Positions 52,712-57,806 of a DNA stretch of 57,806 bases are shown piece by piece. Numbering within the stretch: the stretch's first letter is position 1; the number at the start of each line of letters is the position of its first letter. Location of the stretch: contig MHQW01000042.1 of assembly GCA_001820785.1 (NCBI GenBank), positions 1 through 57,806 on the forward strand. Reading direction: 5' to 3'. This DNA is from Candidatus Sungbacteria bacterium RIFCSPLOWO2_02_FULL_51_17. Lineage in GTDB: Bacteria > Patescibacteriota > Minisyncoccia > Sungbacterales > GWA2-42-14. The notes beneath the pieces are model-generated. The model was given only the letters and a program-made list of their open reading frames with translations. It made no database searches and was not told the origin of the DNA. The translations under genes were made by a program, and so were the position numbers.

Positions 52712-54235
52712 TCACCAGCCCATGTTATATAAACGTGTAATCTCGGCTGGGGATAAAGCTCTGCTGTAGATGCGAACGTCGTCGATGAGGCCGTCAAACA
52801 AGTTCTCATCTCTTTGTCCACCATCTCTTGACCTAACACCAATCTGCATATTGGATGTTTGTGTTCCAACGGAAACATTAGAACCAGCGGTCAGAGACCG
52901 CGCCACGTCAAACACTCCATCAAGATAAAAACCAGCAACGGCTGTCACGCCATTCACAGAAATAGCGACATGATGCCATCGCCCATCATTGATAGCAATA
53001 GTCCCCAAAAACCTTGCTTCCGCATCCGAAACCGAACGCCCTAAACAGAGAAATGTATCTTCTATGCCGAAACTGAACGGTGTATTGGTGTTGGCGTCCT
53101 CATCCCTTAATTCTATGATAGTGGATTCACAAAACCAGAAACCCTCGTCTCCGTTGGCCGCTTTACTGGTCTTTATCCACGCTGATAAGGAATAATTGTT
53201 CGCGTTGCCTATCGTTTGGAACGTTGATGGGACGGTCTGGCTATTAAATATATCTACAAAATCATCACTCCCATCAAAACTCAACGCCTGGCCGATTCTC
53301 CCAAGCGTGCGGGTGGGGCCGCTCGTGAGGAGGCCGGTGTTGCCCTGGCCCGAGCGGTCGTAGGCGCGCTCGCCGGCCATGTCCTGCCCATCGAAGGTCC
53401 AGTGGCCGACGAGGCCGGAGGAGAGGGCGTCTTTTCGGGTCGTGCTGATCTTCGATGCCGCGCCGATGTTGTAGAGGCGGGTGATCTCACCTTGCGAAAG
53501 CGCGCGGTTGTAGATGCGGACGTCGTCGATGAGGCCCCCGAACGGTTGAGTATTTGTTGTACAGTTGTTTGCAGATGCATTATTCTTTAACCCCGTACAA
53601 ACCGTACGAGTGCTGGAGTTAAGAGAGGTCGGAATTGACTCGGTACTGGAAACATCAGTAAGAGTCTGTAATGCGCCGTTTACATATATTTCCATGGTTG
53701 CATTACTGCGCCAAGTAGTAACAATGTGATACCAAGTATTTTGATTAAGTATGGTATCACCTCTTCGACTAGCTCTAAGGATTCCGTCGCTCGATACCGA
53801 AAGACCGGCGTAAAGTACACCGCTAATAGAGTCCACCTCGTGGGACCACTGACGATCAGACCCATTATCCCATAGACCCACTATTCCCTTTGACGTGGAC
53901 GGAGATGATATCAGATAGACCCAACTTGATATCGTGATGCCGCTTGAACCCGAAAGGTTAAGGCTGGCGGAGTTTGGCGCTTCCACATAATCATCACTCC
54001 CATCAAACTTCAACGCCTGGTTCATTGTTCCGAGGACGGGGGTGGGATTATTGGTGAGTGTTCCGGTATTGCCATTACCTGATCTATCATATGCAGTGCT
54101 TGCGGTCATGTCCACCCCATCAAACGTCCAATGCCCGACGAGGCCGTTTGATATGGCATTTCTGTCAATGCCCAATTTTGTAGAGGCGGATGATTTCTGC
54201 CTTGGAAAGAGAACGATTATACACGCGAATGTCAT
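52712..54235 (-). CDS. Two-domain LamG (concanavalin A-like lectin) protein, probably the downstream part of a frameshift-split three-domain gene
   Basis: Two repeats of GLVGHWTFDG...YDRSG.GNTG...QAL.FDGSDD...DDVRIY.RALS..EI.RLYN.G. The reading frame overlaps the upstream LamG gene. The start is not defined. Confidence 0.6.
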   Translation of the reverse strand: MTFACIIVLFPRQKSSASTKLGIDRNAISNGLVGHWTFDGVDMTASTAYDRSGNGNTGTLTNNPTPVLGTMNQALKFDGSDDYVEAPNSASLNLSGSSGITISSWVYLISSPSTSKGIVGLWDNGSDRQWSHEVDSISGVLYAGLSVSSDGILRASRRGDTILNQNTWYHIVTTWRSNATMEIYVNGALQTLTDVSSTESIPTSLNSSTRTVCTGLKNNASANNCTTNTQPFGGLIDDVRIYNRALSQGEITRLYNIGAASKISTTRKDALSSGLVGHWTFDGQDMAGERAYDRSGQGNTGLLTSGPTRTLGRIGQALSFDGSDDFVDIFNSQTVPSTFQTIGNANNYSLSAWIKTSKAANGDEGFWFCESTIIELRDEDANTNTPFSFGIEDTFLCLGRSVSDAEARFLGTIAINDGRWHHVAISVNGVTAVAGFYLDGVFDVARSLTAGSNVSVGTQTSNMQIGVRSRDGGQRDENLFDGLIDDVRIYSRALSPAEITRLYNMGW

Positions 54236-54941
54236 CAATGTGGCCGGGGAAGTAATAATTGTCGCCGCAACTGCCTGAAGTGCTTTGGAGACCGATTCGA
54301 GCTGGTGCCGTGGTATTTGATAAGCCGCCTCCACTCCCGTTTTGGTTGACTCCCGCGTCCGCTCCATTTAGATAAATTTCACTGTCATTCGCGGCTCGCA
54401 CGACCATAACTACATGCACCCACGTATTAAGCGGGACCAGCGTATCAGAAGTAGCGCCCTGCCTTCCATTGACATCACACGAGCCACCATCGCCATATTG
54501 CCAGGCGAGTGCACGCGAGGAGTTGATTCGGAACGCCATACCCCTATAAAAATTTGAATTATCATCGGTCGAAAAAATCGTGCCTACGACTCCTGGCGTT
54601 GACGTCAAATAGACCCAGGCCGACATAGCAATGGGGAGTTGTAGGTTCAGAACATCGCCCAAATTGACACTTTGTGAGGTTCCATTGAATTTCAACGCCT
54701 GGCCGAGTTGGCCGATGACGCGATTGGGGCCGTTGGTGAGGGTGCCGGTGTTGCCGTTGCCGGAACGATCATACGCAGTGTCAGCGGCCATGCTTGAGCC
54801 ATCAAACGACCAGTATCCAACAAGGCCGTCATTCAGACCGATATACATGGGACGCGCGATGATGGTGCCGGCGTTAGCGCTGGAGGTGAGGGCGAAAAAT
54901 AGAAACGCGGAAAATAAAGTTGTTATTATAATCTGCTTCAC
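54165..54941 (-). CDS. Secreted single-domain LamG protein (upstream part of the split gene)
   Basis: Signal peptide MKQIIITTLFSAFLFFALTSSANA followed by a LamG repeat ending DDIRVYNRSLSKAEIIRLYKIGH*. Confidence 0.7.
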   Translation of the reverse strand: MKQIIITTLFSAFLFFALTSSANAGTIIARPMYIGLNDGLVGYWSFDGSSMAADTAYDRSGNGNTGTLTNGPNRVIGQLGQALKFNGTSQSVNLGDVLNLQLPIAMSAWVYLTSTPGVVGTIFSTDDNSNFYRGMAFRINSSRALAWQYGDGGSCDVNGRQGATSDTLVPLNTWVHVVMVVRAANDSEIYLNGADAGVNQNGSGGGLSNTTAPARIGLQSTSGSCGDNYYFPGHIDDIRVYNRSLSKAEIIRLYKIGH

Positions 54942-55041
54942 AAGTTTTAAGATTTTAGATATAAGGTGGTTTTATGAGAGGTGTCAAGTGTTATGCGTAC
55001 GAGCCGAAGTTTCCGGCACTTTTAAAAATTACACAGGACAG

Positions 55042-55074
55042 ACAATATATGGAGGTTGAACCTCCATATATTGT
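55042..55074. repeat. REP-like palindrome, copy c (16-bp arms, central G)
   Basis: ACAATATATGGAGGTT-G-AACCTCCATATATTGT. Confidence 0.85.
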
Positions 55075-55113
55075 TTTTTCCGTTCACCGATGCCTCTTCA
55101 CACATAGTAAGAT

Positions 55114-55707
55114 TTACGCCTGGTACTGCTCTTCAAAGCGCCACGTTTCCAGAAGTGAGCCGATGAATGAGTCGGCGTCGGCGTACGTCGTTATTTGGTA
55201 AAGGTATCCTTCGTGCGAGAACCAGATTTCGCGGGTTTTCCCCAGTTCCTGTGATTCACTCAGAAATATTAATGCCGCAATATTTTTGTTCTTTCCAATA
55301 AGGACTTGCTGTGGCGATTCTATCTGCATATCCGGGACGTCTTTTTTCACGCGCTCGGGCGTTACGGGGCCCTCCTCATCAAATGGCAGAATGAATATTT
55401 GGAATGCCCTGCGCTCTTTGCCCTGCCCGAGCACCACCTCCCCTTCTCCATCGTCGAAACTGGTTATGTTCACGTCAGTCGGGTGTTGAAACGAAAACCC
55501 GAGAGGGTGGTCGTACGTCGCCTTTTTCTCGTCGGGAGGTGGTGGTGGCGCGTCTCCTGGGACGCTTGGGGTTGTACCGCTATTCGTCAGGAACTGGAAG
55601 AAAGTTACCGGCTCCCCTTCCGCGGTTTTTTGATCTGTCACAAGGAACATGCCAATAGTGATAGCGATGCCTACTGCGATGAGTCCTGCAACAATTTTAA
55701 TAGTCAT
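55114..55707 (-). CDS. Membrane-anchored hypothetical protein with Pro-rich linker
   Basis: 197 aa. TM helix, PPPPPD linker and a globular C-terminal domain. Confidence 0.5.
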   Translation of the reverse strand: MTIKIVAGLIAVGIAITIGMFLVTDQKTAEGEPVTFFQFLTNSGTTPSVPGDAPPPPPDEKKATYDHPLGFSFQHPTDVNITSFDDGEGEVVLGQGKERRAFQIFILPFDEEGPVTPERVKKDVPDMQIESPQQVLIGKNKNIAALIFLSESQELGKTREIWFSHEGYLYQITTYADADSFIGSLLETWRFEEQYQA

Positions 55708-55732
55708 ACGTATAAAATTTGAAGTTAAGTTA

Positions 55733-55781
55733 AGTCATAATCTATCTATGGAGGTTCAACCTCCATAGATAGATTATGACT
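55733..55781. repeat. REP-like palindrome, copy d (49-bp perfect palindrome, central C), overlapping the RAYT stop codon
   Basis: AGTCATAATCTATCTATGGAGGTT-C-AACCTCCATAGATAGATTATGACT. All 24 pairs were checked. Confidence 0.9.
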
Positions 55782-56499
55782 ACACAACATCTTCTAATAC
55801 AATGTTTCCAATTTCATCCACCACCTTTTCTGGTTGGTACTCTCGCAAGAGCCGTTTAGTTTCCTGCAGGAACTGTTTTTCTCCGCCATGAAAACTAAGT
55901 AAAAAATCCCGTGAGGTAACTGATGGAAAATTTTTCTTTCCAATATAATCTTGAAAACTGCTCCATTTATACTTTGCAAGAGTGCGCACTACCGCATCCC
56001 GGCCCAATGAATCGGATTGGCGTTTTTTAAAAACAGGGTTTGCATGAATATAAAAGGGCACGTAAAGAAAGTGGGCATCTGTCTCTACGCGAACGGCTTT
56101 AAATCTTCCCTGGAAAAGTGCGCCAACTCTTTCATACTTCTTATTAAAATACATCGTATACGCGGTTCCTAATTTCTGCATGAATTTCACAATGCCGTTC
56201 TCACTTTTTTGTCGCAACAGCAAATGATAGTGATTGGGCATCAGGGTAAACACCAAAATTTCAACAAGCAATTTTCGCTTGTGTTTTCGTCCGGTAGGTT
56301 GAATATATTGAGGTTCAACCTCCATAGATTTTGGATTAAAGTAATAGAGGACATTTGCGGTAGCCGCGGCGTCATTCATCTCATATAAGTCATGGATAAA
56401 ACGGAGGTGATCGGTGCGATCAAGAAACACGTTTCGCTTCTCCACACCTCTATTATACACATGATAGATTTGATTTTCCGTAAATTGTGGTTTTGCCAT
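55780..56499 (-). CDS. REP-associated tyrosine transposase-like protein (RAYT; IS200/IS605-type Y1 HUH family)
   Basis: YHVYNRG N-terminus, HUH motif LMPNHYHLLL, downstream GALFQGRFKAV and Tyr-containing helix (TAYTMYFNKKY). Flanked by REP palindromes. Confidence 0.75.
   Translation of the reverse strand: MAKPQFTENQIYHVYNRGVEKRNVFLDRTDHLRFIHDLYEMNDAAATANVLYYFNPKSMEVEPQYIQPTGRKHKRKLLVEILVFTLMPNHYHLLLRQKSENGIVKFMQKLGTAYTMYFNKKYERVGALFQGRFKAVRVETDAHFLYVPFYIHANPVFKKRQSDSLGRDAVVRTLAKYKWSSFQDYIGKKNFPSVTSRDFLLSFHGGEKQFLQETKRLLREYQPEKVVDEIGNIVLEDVV
56306..56326. repeat. REP-like palindrome, copy e (one mismatch), inside the RAYT coding sequence
   Basis: TATTGAGGTT-C-AACCTCCATA, translated in frame as ...SMEVEPQY... 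Confidence 0.8.
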
Positions 56500-56523
56500 A
56501 TATTTTAGCTATAGCATATATGT

Positions 56524-56544
56524 TATGGAGGTTCAACCTCCATA
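56524..56544. repeat. REP-like palindrome, copy f, 25 nt upstream of the RAYT start
   Basis: TATGGAGGTT-C-AACCTCCATA. Confidence 0.85.
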
Positions 56545-56656
56545 TATTAATCCTTTGGAGATTTATATGTTTCATTTTTCCACTTTCCTATTGTAGAAAT
56601 GGAAGACCTGTCCATCAGTAAACTGCAGCTTTTCATATGTTTAATTGTCGCATATA

Positions 56657-56679
56657 CTATGGAGGTTCAACCTCCATAG
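56657..56679. repeat. REP-like palindrome, copy g, abutting the stop codon of the next LamG gene
   Basis: CTATGGAGGTT-C-AACCTCCATAG. Confidence 0.85.
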
Positions 56680-56680
56680 A

Positions 56681-57806
56681 TTAACGGCCAAGGGTATAGA
56701 GTTGTAATACTTCGGCAGGAGAAAGCGCGCGATTGTAGATGCGGACATCATCAATGAGGCCGTTGAAAAGGTTGCTATTTCTTGCTCCGTCGTCGTTTGA
56801 TCGGGCGCCTATCTGCATATTGGATGTTTGTGTTCCAACGGAAGCATTACCCGCTCCGGCTGTATAGGTTCTTTGCACATCGAACACACCATCGGTATAG
56901 AAATCGGCAACATTGTCAACCACCGAAACAGCAACGTGGTGCCACGCGCCGTCATTTATACTGATAGTTCCAAGGTATCGCTCAGCGCCTGTATTATCCT
57001 GGTCAGTTCTTCCCAAACAGAGGAACGTGTCTTCCAGGCCAAGGTTAAAAGGCGTTTTGGTGATGCCGTCTTCGTCCCTTAATTCTATGATAGTAGATTC
57101 ACAATACCAGAGAGCCTCGTCTCCGTTAGCCGCCTTATTCGTTTTTATCCAGGCGGATAGTGCGTAGTTATTGTTGTTTCCAATCGTTTGGAACGTTGAT
57201 GGGACGGTCTGGCTATTAAATATATCTACAAAATCGTCGCTTCCATCAAAACTCAACGCCTGGCCGATGCGGCCGATCGCGCGGGTCGGACCGTTGGTGA
57301 GGGTGCCGGTGTTGCCGTTGCCGGAACGATCATACGCAGTGTCAGCGGCCATGCTTGAGCCATCAAACGACCAGTGGCCGACGAGGCCGTTTGAAAGCGT
57401 GCCCGTTGGCTTAAGGGTGAGGTTCACTTTCGCCGTAGCGCCGCCGTTGTAGAGGCGCTTGATTTCATCGGCGGAGAGCGCGCGGTTGAATATACGCACT
57501 TCATCTATGGTGCCGTCAAACATGTCAGCAAACTTTTTATGGATCTCAACGGCAATCGCCGCATTGCTCGGCGTTCCCGTCCATGATGATGAGGGCGTGG
57601 TGTCAGGCCCAGTGGCATGCCATTCGGTCTGATGTTCTGTGGCGGGTGACGTAAGAGTTGTTTCCGATAATTCCGTGAACCCTGTTTCTGGAGAGATGGC
57701 ATTAGTAATGGCAATTCCCGTTGCCATAAAAGGACGGTTATCTGCGTTGGCAAAACTCGCAAGAGTGACGGTTATCGGATTGGCGCCGCTCGCGGCGCCA
57801 ATCTGC
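56681..57806 (-). CDS. Multi-domain LamG protein, 5'-truncated by the window edge
   Basis: Two LamG repeats paralogous to 52712-54235. The frame stays open upstream of the first ATG (57727) to the end of the window. Confidence 0.7.
   Translation of the reverse strand, partial: QIGAASGANPITVTLASFANADNRPFMATGIAITNAISPETGFTELSETTLTSPATEHQTEWHATGPDTTPSSSWTGTPSNAAIAVEIHKKFADMFDGTIDEVRIFNRALSADEIKRLYNGGATAKVNLTLKPTGTLSNGLVGHWSFDGSSMAADTAYDRSGNGNTGTLTNGPTRAIGRIGQALSFDGSDDFVDIFNSQTVPSTFQTIGNNNNYALSAWIKTNKAANGDEALWYCESTIIELRDEDGITKTPFNLGLEDTFLCLGRTDQDNTGAERYLGTISINDGAWHHVAVSVVDNVADFYTDGVFDVQRTYTAGAGNASVGTQTSNMQIGARSNDDGARNSNLFNGLIDDVRIYNRALSPAEVLQLYTLGR

Noticed and set aside
52712-57806. Diversity-generating retroelement (TR/VR pair) acting on the LamG genes.
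   Set aside because: No reverse transcriptase is present in the window. Differences between paralogous segments are not confined to adenine positions. The repeated segments are coding domains rather than a non-coding template repeat.
1-57806. Alternative genetic code (UGA or UAG reassignment, as in some CPR lineages or phages).
   Set aside because: TGA, TAA and TAG all terminate full-length conserved genes: pyrF and the ferritin-like gene end in TGA, the PBP and murF in TAA, and the phosphorylase in TAG. No conserved gene needs read-through except the single TAG in dinB.

Overview
57.8-kb window of a roughly 50% GC bacterial chromosome read with the standard genetic code: TGA, TAA and TAG all terminate otherwise intact genes, and several gene pairs overlap as ATGA. 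Gene content suggests a Patescibacteria/CPR-like organism, which is inference only. The evidence is a dispersed peptidoglycan/dcw gene set, compact translation genes, many LamG-domain surface proteins, a lamin-tail-domain protein, a lone PilB/GspE ATPase and very little metabolism.

Core content:
- Cell wall: class B PBP, murF, murC, and a minus-strand block dacB-like, mraY, amidohydrolase, murD, ftsW, murG, then gltX and an M23 peptidase; ddl lies further on.
- Translation and housekeeping: fmt-def, rplI, rpmA, pyrG, pyrF-pyrE, scpA-scpB, and a short-form aspS.
- Other: a copper-handling cluster (CcdA-like fusion, CuA-like cupredoxin, copA, copZ), a dinB interrupted by one in-frame TAG, and three tRNAs (Glu-CUC, Lys-UUU, Ala-UGC).

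Accessory content, most to least interesting:
1. A 2.7-kb AT-rich element at the extreme 3' end of tRNA-Ala (45068-47787). It carries only a large serine recombinase and one Cys-rich membrane-protein gene. It has attL/attR-like junctions sharing a GTGG core, plus an internal inverted copy of the predicted attP, so each gene is bracketed by ~100-bp near-perfect inverted repeats. The recombinase has no stop codon of its own in this configuration.
2. A REP/RAYT system: seven copies of the palindrome TATGGAGGTT[G/C]AACCTCCATA, with a Y1 HUH transposase-like gene flanked by them and containing one in frame.
3. A wHTH/PaaX-Cas2-like gene flanked on both sides by tandem pairs of a ~54-bp hairpin-containing repeat.
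4. A rearranging LamG paralogue cluster: a frameshift at an A4 run, a GC-rich mosaic patch, exact shared blocks, and a 3' remnant next to a RelE-type toxin-antitoxin pair.

No CRISPR array, rRNA, reverse transcriptase or cas gene was seen. All family assignments rest on motifs read by eye and need profile searches to confirm.
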